A DNA stretch of 64,000 nucleotides from Moniliella sp. 'wahieum'. Lineage: Eukaryota. Shown here piece by piece: positions 23,460 through 37,890 of the stretch (the first letter of the stretch is position 1; the number at the start of each line of letters is the position of its first letter). A program made the translations under genes and the position numbers. The notes beneath the pieces were generated by a model that saw only the letters and a list, made by a program, of their open reading frames with translations, had not been told where the DNA came from and ran no database searches. Location: assembly GCA_003971905.1 (NCBI GenBank), contig RSEE01000005.1, positions 248,001 through 312,000 on the forward strand, read 5' to 3'.

Positions 23460-26400
23460 TCATCGACGCTTCGATTTCGGGAGAAGCGGACAAAGGGCGT
23501 CTAAGAGTTCGCGTTCGCGAACACCGTCGGGCCGAAGCCATTGTACCAACCCAGCCAGTTGTTCGGGCGTGTCAAACGTAGCCCATTGGCGCGGACAGAG
23601 CACCTTGCCGAGCTCGGCCTTGGCATGAGTAATCACAGCCTCCAGCGCTGGGGCGTCAGGGCCCAAGCGCGCATCCGTTGAGCCGACGCAATATCAGAGG
23701 TCTGCACCAGGACCTGGCCCACCCTCCCCCCTTCAGCATATCATCAAAGGCAACGATACTGTCGAGCCACCAATACTGGTTGTAGAACCGATCCTTACCG
23801 AGTGGACGAACGCAGGTAAAGTGCGACCATTGGGAACCAATCCCCACCAATTCCTTGTGCGTATTAGCCAGGTCCGCCAACTCTTTTTGGCATTGCGCCA
23901 AATCGGGGATACGCAGAGGCGCAGGTCTCGCTGGAACGACACTGGGAGGTTGGGCCGGCGCTGGAAGGGGAGGAGAAGCAGCAGTAGGTGGTGCAATAGG
24001 ACGCGTAGTAGCCTGAAGTTGTTTCGGGGCATCAGGAGTGCGTTGCGATGGAGGACGGCCAATAGACGAGGGATCCAGTATAGGATCATCTTTAGCCATA
24101 AAGGCCAAATTGGGATTGGCACGTTGGGCAAAACTCCGGTAGACCAGGTGAGCGAGGTGACGGTGGGGCGACGGGTTGCAGGGGCTCAAGAGGGGGGACA
24201 AGAGGGTTCCGTTCTAACGGTACAGGAATGAAGAAAGGCAGATGCCACGGGTGGAGTAGGTGGAGTCGAGGCTGAGCTGCTTTCGACCACAGTCGAATAC
24301 TGCGTCGAGGGAGATGCGCCAGGAAAAGAAGCATTGTTGCCAGTCACTGAGCCGATGCTCTGCAGTGGAACGTCAAGCCTTGCGGGCGCGGGTTTCGGGG
24401 TTTCAGCCAGTGCTGATGGTTGTGCACATGTGCGTTTCGCGCTCACTAACCCGATTGCCTTCGGAGATGGATCTTCACCAGATCACCGAGTTCCTTCTGG
24501 CGTTCCTCGATAGCACCAATGCGCTTAGTATTCTGGTCGTGCGCGGCCCGAGCTCGGCTAAACAGTGTGCGCATAGGCTTGGTGCCCAACACGTTGTCGA
24601 TCAGGGAAGAGACAATGAACAACCTCTGGGCGAATGATAGAGCAAAGTACCGTTCGGTAAGGTGAACGCTAAGCGGGCCTGGGTCGAGTCCCTCGGGGCA
24701 GTAGGATATAATTCCAGCTCCCGCCGAGTTAATGACCTCACCAATTCCAGCACGTCCGACTGGCCCTTGACTCCGTGCACCATAATTTGAAGGATTTCCC
24801 GCCATGTCGGTAGACTGCCGGGTTGGTCGTCCAAAGGTTGGGGAAGGTCATCTGGGTGGCACGAGCCCACGTATCCGAGCAGGGCGTGGAGCCAGCGGGT
24901 CTTCTTGGATAATGAACCAGTCGTTTCCTTCTCCCACGAATGGCCCAGGCAGGCACAAACGGTCTTGGCATCTCTCCACAGTTGGTCTGGAGGTGCGGGC
25001 TCAGTGGCAGTGCCGTTCTTGTCATTCTTTTCCATTCCCTCCGCCTTGTCCTCTTTTGGTGCATTCTCATTCCCCGAGGAGGTAAGATCCACTCCAGTGC
25101 CTCCAGGAGCATCATGATTGGCCTTTTGATACGCCTGAATCACCTCCGTAGCAACGCAGTCGCGAGATATAGATAGGTCGGTAGCTCCTTTCGCATCCTG
25201 GTTTCCTCGGGCCTTGGCAAGTGCTTGCAGCAACACCCACATGGATCGTAGCCAATAAAGGAGGTATAGTTGGCAAGGACTTGGCTCCGGGTTTCGCCAA
25301 GTCCACTGGATTGTACTGCAGAGCCAGAACCAGGTCATCCACCCAGAAACCATGCAGTCCGAGGACTGGGCCACAACTTGTCAGGGCGTGCCAAGCGAAG
25401 ATGACACGTTCTACCTCAATAGGGCGCAGATTTCTCACGAAATTGTACTTGCGCGGAAAAGGGAGTCCTGGCTGCCCCTTCGATGGCTGAGGCGGGGGTA
25501 TACAGGTTCAAGTCATCCAGACCGACCTTGGCGTTCTTGGGCAAAAAGGTCATGTACTTATTGAGGGAGACAGAGAACAAGCTGAGGTTGGCGGACGCAC
25601 CTGGGGGTTTTCCTTAGTAAAGCCAGATCCTCTATCGCAGCTGCGAATAAGAAACTGCTGAGGATACCGCGTTGGCATTCCTTGATGTTCCCTGGTCTTC
25701 TTTCCCCGTGGCTGAGGACAATGATGCCGGAGGCACCGACGATTGGGCGGTCGCCTCTGAAGGTGAAAGTGACAAGGACTTTGGCGCTTCAATGATAGCT
25801 GGGTTGGTGGGTTGTGGAGGGGGTTGAAAGTGCGTGGACGCCAAGGAAGAAATATCTTGAACGGAAGATTGGATCCCCCTGACAAGAGAACGGGTACGGT
25901 AGACTTGGCGCGTGCATCGAGCGTAGCGGACGCGTCAGGGATAGCAGCCACAACTGCCGAGTTGGTCTGTGGTTGAGAGGCTTGTGGAGGTGCCGAAGGC
26001 ATGAAGGCGCCTCCTCGGAGGATGGAATTGAATACGGGCGTGTTCGGCAAATGTTTTACAATGGGCAAGCGCAACAGCAAGTCCACAAGCTCATTCGCAT
26101 GAGGGGGCGGGAATTGTTGGACGAGGCGGGCTCGATGCGTCTCTTGTAGAGCCAAGAGCTGTTGTTTCTGACCATCCAGCTCGTTCAAGAGGGCCGAATG
26201 CGTGTGTAGGGCCGTCTCGGTTTGAGCGTTCCCACCTGCATTCGATAGAGAACTCGAGCGAGTAATCATGCCCAGCAATGTGGATATCGCCTGTTCTCTT
26301 TCGTGTAAGCGAAGAGAAGTATGCAAGTAATTACGCCTCTCCAGCATGACTTGCATCCACCACTGTGCCACTTGCTGCCGCAACGAGCTATTGGCGTCTT

Positions 26401-29260
26401 GTCTTTTGGTTGTCTGCAACCACTGCCGCAATAAGGCGTCGGTAGAGCTCGAAGCTTGCATTGACTCAAGTTGACTGCCAGCAGCGCCGCCGATAGGAGC
26501 TTCGCAAAGGTTAGCCCCTGCATGTCAGACATTAGAGGAAGGAACGCACACACTGATGTACCCATCTGGGGCAAGGCATTCGGCTCTGCTTGGATGTAAT
26601 ACATAACCGAGCCGAGCAATTCGCCCACAACTTGAGCTTCAGGATCGGCGGAAGGAATATGACTGTAGAGTAGTGACAGAGCGTTGGCTAGAGCTTGCAT
26701 TTGGGTGTTGGTCTGGTTTGAGGCTTGACCCTGGGTTTGAATGAGAGCCTGGGATTGAGTGTGCGAGCCGGTTTGGGCTTGAGATTGGATTTGAGTTGGA
26801 GTCTGACTTGCTTGAGCTTGGATTTGAACTTGGGCGTAAGCCAAGGATTGAAGCAAGGCTTGGGTTCCGGCCTGAGCCTGGGCCTGGGCTTGGGCTTGGA
26901 CTTGGGCTTGGGATTGGGCTTGAGCCTGTGCTTGGTCCTGGGCCTGAGCCTGGGCCTGTGCTTGGGCCTGTGCTTGGGCCTGGGCCTGTGCTTGAGCTTG
27001 GGCTTGAGCTTGCACTTGAGCTTGGGCCTGGGCCTGGGCCTGTGCTTGGGCCTGGGCCTGTGCTTGGGCCAGGGCTTGAGCTTGGGCTTGGGTTTGGGCT
27101 TGGGCTTGGGCTTGGGGGGCTTGGGCTTGGGCTTGGGCTTGGGCTTGGGCTTGGGCTTGGGCTTGGCTTGGGCTTGGGCTTGGGCTTGGGCTTGGGCTTG
27201 GGCTTGGGCTTGGCTTGGGTTGGGCTTGGGCTTGGGCTTGGGCTTGAGCCTGTGCTTGGGATTGAACCCGATGGACCAAAGCCTGAACTAATTGTTCTTG
27301 CACCTGGAGCCCACCGGCGCGGCAAGCCTCTGGGCCAATCAGGGCATACGGGCGCTTAACAGGAAGTTGGGAGCCGGGAGGTAACGGGGGGGAGGTGGCG
27401 GCGACTGGCACTGGGTTCAATGCTGAATTCTGAGCGATAAGGGTAAGAGCGCTTAGAGTTTGCTGGGGTAGTTGGGCCACTTGGGAAGAGGGTTGTTCAT
27501 CGGACCTGCCTGACTGGTTTCAAGGCCACCATGAGGTGAGGTAGTAGAGATGTGTTCTACACCCCCAAGGATTAGCTGCTGTTGCTGCAACGGTTGAGGT
27601 ACAGCCGGGTCTGTTGCCAGCACGGGTGGCCGTGATGTGTGCTGGGAGGAGGGAGAGGAAACAGCATTCGTGGCAGGGAGAATGAGAGGCGCAGGTGACT
27701 GGTTCGACGGCGACGGCCTTATCCGTTTGGATGACCGAGCCGTTTCCTCGCTCTCAGTATCATCCCCAGTCAGATCGATGGCCTGGGTGCGGCTGCTGTG
27801 CCCATTATGATTCAAAATGAGCTTGGTGGCGGGGGCAGACAGCGTCACGCTCGCGGACACTTCCCCTAATGCAGGCATTGCACAAACAGCTGAAGGCTGG
27901 TTCTTCAGGTGTTGGTCCAAAGCTGAGGAACTTGATGGGTTTGGTGCAAGGCGGGCCGCCATTTTCAGTGCGGGCGGGGACCAGTCATCCTCCTTAGGAA
28001 CCAGTTCTTCAGGGGTAAAACGGTGGAAGGAAGGATAGTTGCTATGCCGAGTAAATTGCACGGTTGGAGCAGTAAAAGGCAAGGGGGAGGAGTGCTGCAT
28101 CGCAGCGCGGATAAAGCGTCGAAGGAGAGGGACTCCCCAGGCACGGGGCGGACGACAAATGGCGTAAGCTCTCATTGCTCTTCGAGGCTGATGGACAAAA
28201 TCTTTTACATCGGCCAGGCGTAGCCGGTGCTGTCATACAGCGGCCCCAGCAAGACCTCGTACTGGTAGTCCTGGGGAGGGTCCAGAATGTGGCTGCATAT
28301 GGGTGGAGCTGGATACACGTGCCAACGCTGTGGATGAGCGTATCTTCAGTTATATCCGGTGCAGGCGAAGCGCCGGAGCATCTTTAGTTTCGGGGGCGAG
28401 CAGCGCGTCGTTGGAAAGTCCTTTGACCAGAGGAGCAGTTCGCTCAAGGAGCATGGCACGGGAGAGATTCCAGGGCGACCGGAGGCCTCCGTTAGGAGGA
28501 AATTGCTCCATGCAACGACGAAGAGCTGGTGGGGGAGGGCAGACACAATAGCCCCCAGCGAATGTCGCCATCCATGAGATGAATAACAACACGCTCGCTG
28601 ACGAAGAAGCGATGTGAGAAGGCCTTTTCCAGCTGGACTGCCAGCGGATGGACGCTAGCGTCCAGGATGCGCGCCGCGCTAGCCTCACCAGTCGGAGAGA
28701 TACTGACGCGCTGAATCGGTGGCAAGACAGTGCCTTGCCTTGGGGTGGGAGCCGGAAAGCGGCCGCTCACGCCCTGGACCGAGCGCAGCAGAGCAGATTT
28801 AAGGGCACGAGGCATGTCAAAGTGGAGGAGCGCGAGGGCAGCAGCTTCAGCGCGGTGAGCCTGGGTGAGGTCCAGACCATGGTGGCCAGTGATGCGGTCG
28901 ACAAAGATGGGGGTGTCGTAGTAGGCACGCTTCTCAGCGCAGAGCCTGCTCACAAGCATAGGAGGGTCAGTTGACTGTCGCAGCATACTGTGTGGCGCGG
29001 GAGTGAAAAGGGGTGGCGGGTAGGCGAGGCAGGGGCACATACTCGGGGGTGGGAAAACTCTCGCCAGTGAGTGCAATGGTGCAGTCGGCGCGCCCAGGAG
29101 GAGGCGGGAGGGGGGGCGGGGCATCCGGCGGAGACATGCCCGGCGGGGGAAGTGGGGGTGGTGGTGGGGTGGGGCGGGGCGGGGCGAAGGCGGGAGCGAG
29201 CGCTGTGCAGGGCTGACGATGGCGCCCTCGGCCAGAGCGTTGTGGCGACGCGTTGGCAAA
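23460..29260 (-). CDS. Divergent WAC-DDT-WHIM protein (Itc1/ACF1-like ISWI-complex subunit) with an internal Gln-Ala repeat
   Basis: WAC-like [29 protein letters not shown]-like [33 protein letters not shown]1-like [22 protein letters not shown]2/3-like [16 protein letters not shown] and [25 protein letters not shown]. Start uncertain. Confidence 0.8.
26800..27260. repeat. Coding hexamer microsatellite (GGCTTG/GGCCTG)n encoding poly(Gln-Ala) on the minus strand
   Basis: Read directly; see ORF 26266-27480. Confidence 0.95.
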
Positions 29261-29554
29261 AAGCAGCATCGGCCAGCGCAACACGCCCATCAGGCCCAGG
29301 CCACGCCCACGCCGCCCCCGCCACGCCCCAGGCAAAGCGCCCCTCGGGACAGCCGACGGAAGACGGCACTCCACCAGGAATCACCCCTTGCACCCGTGAC
29401 TAGTCACTACACTGCCCCCGCGCCACCCAACCCCGCGCGCAACACCTGCATAATGCTAGGGTTGTTGCATTGTCCTTGTGTCTATTTCGATCTCCTCTTA
29501 TACTTGTGAACGAATTCGAGCTAGAGCATACAACACTTCTGTTGTTGATAGCGA

Positions 29555-30272
29555 TTATAATCGATGCCTTCTCTCTTTCAGTTGGTCTTTCGGCGCAAGG
29601 AATAAGATCCTCTGCAAGAAGAAAATCGCACAGGTAACTACAGGTTTCGAGCCATACCACAGAGCGCAATATCCCCCCACAACACAAAACACAGAGATAT
29701 GTACCAACAACTTTAGTATACGATACTTTTTTCTTTGAAAATATCCTTGTATAACTGCGAGAGTGACGGTACCGTGGGAATCACCAACTATCATTGAGAA
29801 CAGAAAGTCATGATATGAGTAATGATGAGAACAAGGAGACTGACCTCTCTCCTTTGAACACAGTGCTTTATCGCAGTAGCGACACTACGGTGCGATGTAT
29901 ATGAATCTGGGTGTCTGTTGGAGTGGGAACTGTAGTGTTCCCCCAAACTGTTTCTCAAACACTTTTTGGAAATATGGCTCTCAGCCCCGGTTTGAGAGCT
30001 GTGATGCGATACACCAACTATAACATAGACGTGCCACTGCTAATAACACAAAGAAGCTGACGACCTGTTGAATGTACCCGCGGGGCCCGAGACGCGACTA
30101 CTAATGAAGGGATCAGATCATATGTCAATAGGAATGAAGCCTGATGATGCGCTAGTATAGCTTACGAACGGACAAACGGTAGCCAGTATACATCAAGAGC
30201 CACAGAGGAAATTGCGTGAGAAAAGAGAGTCAATTATAACACACACAATGAGAATGAACGTGAACACAACAT
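29555..30272 (-). pseudogene. Possible decayed gene for a secreted or membrane protein in a low-GC island
   Basis: MLCSRSFSLCVL*LTLFSHAISSVALDVYWLPFVR from ATG 30272 (hydrophobic, with TAA at 30234-30236), followed by an intron-like GTAAGC...CTGAT...TAG and hydrophobic downstream ORF fragments. No family recognised. Confidence 0.25.
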
Positions 30273-30924
30273 CAAAATGCCCCCCCCCCTCGATTTTCCC
30301 TACAAAAAAGACCTTTATTTATCTTTAGGGCCCTCAAATCCACGTGCAACAGTCATCACAGGACCTAGATCCCTCACAGCATTCGATCATCGCCCGCCCA
30401 CACTGTTCTGTGTAAATGGCAGCATCGACCATCAAAGCTCGAAGAGCGTTCTGCATAGTGTGTGCGTATATGTTAACCAGAGGTTTAAAAGGCAATGAGT
30501 GGAATGGGCGCAACTGGGCGCTGCGGGTCACCGCTCAGAGCGGCCACCCGCTCATACAGATCACGTGGAGTCCGCCGCCCCGCGTTCGGTGGATTTCGAA
30601 GGCGACCGATATGCTGAACCACACATCGATCATCGATCATCCCCTAGGGTTAGCGGAGGCTGGGGAGTCACTCTACCCTAGCATTTCAAAACCACGCCAA
30701 CAAAGGGCACCAAGACGTTCCTCCCAGACGGGCCAGACGGCATCAGCAGGTGGTGTGGGAGAATGGTGCCAATGAGGATCAAGAGGCTGCGGTAACCTGG
30801 CCTGGGAGCAGGTATCGATCAAGGCTCATCGTCATCGATCAAGAAGCGCCCTTCGGCCGACATTTCATGGGCTGAGCGCTCGCTGAGCCCCTCCAACGGA
30901 TTACGCGTGACCGTCACACGTGCG

Positions 30925-30948
30925 TCACCCATCACGCGTCACCAGTCA
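30925..30948. promoter_or_regulatory. Period-7 array TCA-CCCA-TCA-CGCG-TCA-CCAG-TCA upstream of UFD4
   Basis: TCA at 30925, 30932, 30939 and 30946. Function is inferred only. Confidence 0.45.
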
Positions 30949-31164
30949 CTGGCCGTGTCGCCACAGAATCGATCAGTGTCATGAAGGAATCATGCATCGG
31001 CTGCGTCGGCCCTGCGAGTCACCTGGCAGTCATCGAAGTCATCCTGCTCAGCGGTCCTAATATCGCTTATCCCCGTATCGACCACATCCAACCAAACCCA
31101 GCCGCGCCGCCACGAACGCCACCGACGCTTCCACCACCCCACCGCTTCCTCCTCGCCGCACGCT

Positions 31165-34100
31165 ATGCTGTCTTCTACTCTTGACTCGGACGGCGACGAG
31201 CTCATGCCGGATGCGTCTGTGCCGGTATCCCATGCATCTGCCAGCGGTGCTGCCGACCGCCATGACTCGGACCACAACCCTGTCCTGGATGACCCTAGCA
31301 TCAGCATTGCCCCTGATCTCTTCGACGACGATGACGATGACGATGGCGATGATATGGACCATCAAGACCTTGGGGACGAGGATGAGGACGAGGATGTGGA
31401 CGAGGACGATGATGAGGACGAGGACGAGGACGATGGCTACTATCCCGACGGGGCTACCCTGGGTATTGATCTCCGCGCCATGGCCAACTTCTTCTCCAAC
31501 TTTAACGACCGTTTCAAAGTGCTCTTGTCCGCCATCAAACCTGGCTCTGAACCATCCGAACAACTCGATGCGCTCGAGGAGCTCGCTGGGCTCTTGAGCA
31601 TCAGCCAGGAAGACTCCCTCATGGGCCAGTTCCCCACCCGCGCCTTTGTTCGCGAGTTGGTCCGCATCTTAGGCGGCACTCCTCCCAAGGGGCCAAACGA
31701 CGACCAAGACTCTGTCCAGGACGAAGAAGACCCGGAAATGGCTGCAATTCTGAACGCAGTTGGGGATGAGTCCAAGTCCGAGCGGCAGGTGCTTGCTTGC
31801 CGGTGCCTGGCTAACTTGATTGAGGCGATGCCTCACGCGGCTCGCGTCGTCGTGCAGTCTGGTGGTGTCGAAGCTATGGTTTCTCGTCTTATGGAGATTG
31901 AGGTCATTGACCTGGCAGAGCAGGTGCTCCAAACGCTTGAAAAGATCAGTGTGGACTACCCTGCCGCAATCGTCAAGGCAGGTGGGTTGATGGCTGTCCT
32001 TATGTACCTTGACTTCTTTAACCTCCATGTCCAACGGACGGCGGTGACAACATTTGCAAACTGCTGCCGCAAGCTCCAAGAAAGTGATGTAGACAAGGTT
32101 CGCGAAACCATCCCGCTCTTGTCCAACATGCTCGGCAACAGTGACAGACGTATCCAAGAGCAAACCTGCAAGTCCATCGTCCGTATCCTCGAGAGCTACC
32201 GTTCGTTCCCCGCCTTGTTGGCCCAATTGGTTACTCCTGAGCTTTGTGTCGCTCTGGAGAAGGTTCTTGTACCGCCTGCACCCGATGTCGATGGGCCTAC
32301 TACTGCAGCCCCTGTGGCTACCATTTCTAGCTCCATGGTCACTGACCTGGTTCGCGCTCTTACCTTTGCCACCCGTTCCTCCCCCGCCGTGTCGCGTCAT
32401 CTGCTGCAAAGCAACCTAGGGGACGCACTGTACGCCATCCTCACAGGATCCCGTGCTCCCACCACAGACGAGGCGTTATCACCAACAGGCACAGGCAAGA
32501 TGACATTGCTACAAACCACCTTGGCACGCGGCCCAAGGAGCAAGTCCAAGAGGCGCTCAGTTTGATTGTTGAGTTACTCCCCTATCCTGCCAAGACAGGA
32601 GTGTTTGATACGCGCAACTACACCGAACGTGCGTTGCAGCTCGTAACAGGCGAGCGGACAGAAAGTCAAACCGCATCGGTGGCGAAGCTGAATGCGGCCA
32701 AAGCCGCGCCAGCCGATATGGATCCTGAGCAAGCCAAGCCCATCCTGGCGCTCTCCAAGCTTATGCTCCCTGCGCTGGTGGAGATTCATGCCGCGTCTGT
32801 CACACCCGCTGTGCGCCACAAGGCGATTGTAGCCATTCTGAGAATCTTTGGCTTTGCCACCCCGACCCAGTTGGCTCAGCTCTTGGCCCCGGTGGCTGTC
32901 CCTGCCTTTTTGGCTGGTGTGTTGTCATCCGATGATGCACCCGCACTGGTGCAGGGATCTCTTCAGATTGTCGAGCTCCTGGTTGTCAAGTTGGGGGCAG
33001 AGTACTTGCGCGTTCTGGAGCGCGAGGGAGTCGTCTGGGAAATCAAGCAACTGGCCGAGCAAGAGCTGTCAGGTGAACCGGGCCCGGTCTACCCTGTTCC
33101 TAAGGAGGAACGTCGCCCCAAGTCCAATGCCAAGGGGGCATCGCACCTGACTGCTACTCAACTGAAGGACATGAACATTGTGCGGGCCCGCATCTTCCAA
33201 GCGCTCTACACTCCTCCCCGTCAGACCGACACGAACGTCCTGCCTAAGGCAGAGGCTCTGGCACATCAGATTCGTACAAGTGCTCTCACCTCGGTCGAGG
33301 AAGCTCACCGTGCGCTCGATGAGATCTTCCTGGCGTGACTTCGGAGGACGATGGCCTGGCTGGATGGGAGCTGCTCCAGTCGGGTCTGATTGATGGTCTG
33401 CTTGTTTTTCTTGGCGACACGGGCGCATCTCTCTCTCCCACCGCACGGAAACAAGTGTTTGATCAGGCGGTTGCTCGGCACCCAGACGGGGCGCGCAAAC
33501 TGGTACAACGCTTGCAGGAGACGGTCAGCCGAAGTGAATCAGTCGAGTTGGTTAGTCTGTCGGGAGCGTTGGACGAGGAGATGCGTCGCTTGCCCGGTTT
33601 GGCCTTGACGAAGCAGATGCGGCTCAAACTCGTTTCTTCTGACTCGAACGTCCCCCGATCGTGTCAGACGATGACGATTGGCATCCATGCTGTTGCTCTC
33701 GTATCGGAGCTGGACGAGTTCCTCCGTTCCAAGATCCAAGTGGCCCAGACGGTTGCCAATGGTGGGGGTGGAATCGGCTGTCATCCGTCCTGGCGGCGTT
33801 TGCCGCTGCAGCTGGGGCACCACCTTCCAGGCCAAATGGTCAAGCTGCATCGCCGGGGGCATCACTTTTCGGTTCGCCACCGTCCGACGGCGATGAAGGT
33901 ACTGCGCGTCGTGAGGCTGCCGCTCGTGCCTTGATGCAGGGATTGTTGGGGGTGCGTTTGATGACATGGCCGACGACGACGAGGCCGGTGCTGAAGGTGA
34001 AACTGAGCTCCAGGAGGAAATGACTGAGGAGCCGACTACTGGGGAGGACAAGGCCAAGCCGCTTACTTCCGGCGAAGGTTCCTCTACCCCCGGTTCTAGC

Positions 34101-35924
34101 TCTCGCCCAACGGAGGAGAGACGAACGTCTTATTCTGACGCTCTGCAACAATCACTCAACACGAACGAGTGGCACATCGTCTTTTCTGTGGGGGGTCGAG
34201 AGGTGAGCTTGGATGAGACGGTGTTTGGGGTAGTTTATCGCATGGAGCGGGAGAAGAACCCGGAATGGCAGCCGGACCGCACATTCTGGTCCACCCCTTA
34301 CCCTGTCTCTTTCCGCAAGGTCAATGGCCCTGCACACAAACCCGATCCTACTAAAACGAAGGGTAAGTGGACTGGGGGTTTGAGAGGGGCACCAAACGCT
34401 GACTTGACTTGCGCAGACGAAGTTCCCGCTGCAGTAGACGTTTTCCCTCCTGACTCGGAGATGAGCAAGACTTTGACACTCCTCCATGCGCTGTACGAGG
34501 CGTTCACTCTTGAAACGCCCAGACGAATAGTCAGGAGTTTGCGTCGCTCTTTGTCAACACAAGCTCACAGCCAAGCTCAACCGGCAATTGGAGGAACCAC
34601 TGTTGGCGGTGAGCCATATTCTTCCACTCTGGGCTCAAGAGCTGCCGCGGGCGTATCCGTTCCTGTTCCCATTTGCGACCCGGTTCGCTTACTTGCAACC
34701 ACAGCCTTTGGCTCGACCCGCCTTGTTGCACGTTGGCAAACCTTGCTTCGTTCCTCAGGGGACTCCACCAGCCGTGCACGGGACGAGGCGTTTGGGTACA
34801 TTGGACACCTGTCGCGGCAAAAGGTGCGGATTGGGCGGGAGAAAGTGATTGATTCGGTGCTCAAGATCTGCGGCTCGTACGCCAAGGCCGATTCGATGTT
34901 GGAGGTGGAATACTTTGATGAGGTGGGTACTGGTCTGGGCCCCACGTTGGAATTTTATTCGCTGGCTTCGCGCGCTTTTGCTCGCACCGACACGGCCATG
35001 TGGCTTGGGTCCGGGCGGGACGAAGGCGAGGAATATGTACGTGCACCGCAAGGACTGTTCCCTTCTCCTCTTCCCACTGGTGGGGAGACGAACCGGTAGG
35101 ATCAAGCAAGTAAGTTTGTTCAAGCATTGGGCACCTTTGTCGCGAAATCGCTCTTGGATTCGCGCATCATTCACATCGAGTTCAACCCCGTCTTTTTGGC
35201 CCTCATCATTGGACAACCTGTGGGGAAGACAGTGCGGACGGTGGCCCAGATTGACGCCAAATTGGCCTCCTCTCTGAACCAGCTCCTTTCCCTCCCCCCG
35301 ACGGAGGTAGAGCAACTCGGGATCGATTTCACATTGCCTGGGTACGAGTCGTTCGAGTTGGTTCCCGGTGGAAAAGACAAGACGGTGACGGGGGAGAACG
35401 TCAGAACCTATGTGGAGGAGGTGGCAGAGGTTTTGATTGGTCGTGGCACTGCGCCCCTGGTTGCTGCTTTCCGGCAGGGCTTCCAGAAACTAATGGATCC
35501 CCGGGCCTTGGCCTCGTTCACTCCAGCTGAGTTGGTTGAAGTGTTTGGGAATGCACCGGAAGACTGGTCGCACGCGACGCTGGCGACGTACATCAAACCG
35601 GACCACGGATTCACCTCCGAATCAGATGCGTACCTGAACTTGCTCCAGCTCATGGCGTCCTTTGATGCCCAAGAGCGCCGCCTTTTCCTCCAGTGGCTCA
35701 CGGGATCGCCCAAGTTGCCCATTGGCGGGTTCAAGGCGTTGCAACCGCCATTGACGGTGGTGCGGCGTCCGCATGAGGCCCCCTTGCAACCGGACGACTA
35801 CCTGCCTTCGGTGATGACCTGCGTCAATTACCTCAAACTGCCCAACTATTCCACCAAGGGGGTTATGGGTCAGCGTGTGCGTAAGGCCATGGTTGAAGGT
35901 GGCAAGTCGTTCCATCTGTCTTGA
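31165..35924 (+). CDS. UFD4: HECT E3 ubiquitin ligase of the Ufd4/TRIP12 family (ARM repeats plus HECT)
   Basis: LACRCLANLIEAMP, IDLAEQVLQTLEKIS, YLDFFNLHVQRTA, RQKVRIGR, LEVEYFDEVGTGLGPTLEFY, IKPDHGFT, FLQWLTGSPKLPIGGF, YLPSVMTCVNYLKLPNYS, SFHLS*. Confidence 0.95.
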
Positions 35925-36368
35925 TTCTATTTGCGTCATTCCCCGTTTCGTCTCCTGCACTCGCAATCGCCCCTCCCCCCTTCAGCGTTTGGCCTGTCCT
36001 GCCCATGAAGTAGTGATGTACTTGATTTTACCCTCATCTTTAAATGTTCCCGAACGCCGCGCCCATGGCCCATAGATTCCATTGCGGTAGGAAGTTGACG
36101 TCACCCGCGATGCGTAATAGACTTGTTGGGCTGCTACCCAACTTACCGGCGCTAGCACAGGTGAAGAACAGAAGAACATCTGCAAATCATTTTGCATATC
36201 TGCTAAAGCCTACTAAGTGGAACGGGCATATATACATGTACACAGAGGATAATATTCAGCAAGCGTCAGACTCAATTGAGAGACTACTGTAAGAGGAGAG
36301 AGATGGGCACATGGGCACAGCGTAGCTGCGCAAAGAGTAATGATGTCAATGTGATGACGAGGAGTGGC

Positions 36369-37805
<1,437 letters not shown>

Positions 37806-37880
37806 GGTTCAGCGCTAGTGTGAGGGGAGAGGAGGCGGGTGGTGGTGATGCTGAGGCCAGGGGAATGGAGGGGCGGGCAG

Positions 37881-37890
37881 CTTTATATAG
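37881..37890 (-). promoter_or_regulatory. TATA box upstream of GDH
   Basis: Minus-strand CTATATAAAG about 80 bp upstream of ATG 37805. Confidence 0.55.

Noticed and set aside
26639..27359. Long GL/AW/PS-repeat ORFs on other frames and strands
   Set aside because: These are shadow frames of the stop-free hexamer microsatellite.
29405..29937. CACTA-type terminal inverted repeats (CACTACA...TGTAGTG)
   Set aside because: Only a short imperfect match, no 3-bp TSD (AGT versus TTC) and no transposase.
29821..30145. Possible C/D box snoRNA cluster (ATGATGA and CTGA boxes)
   Set aside because: Box spacing is unconvincing and I could not identify an rRNA-complementary guide. A snoscan or Infernal search would settle it.
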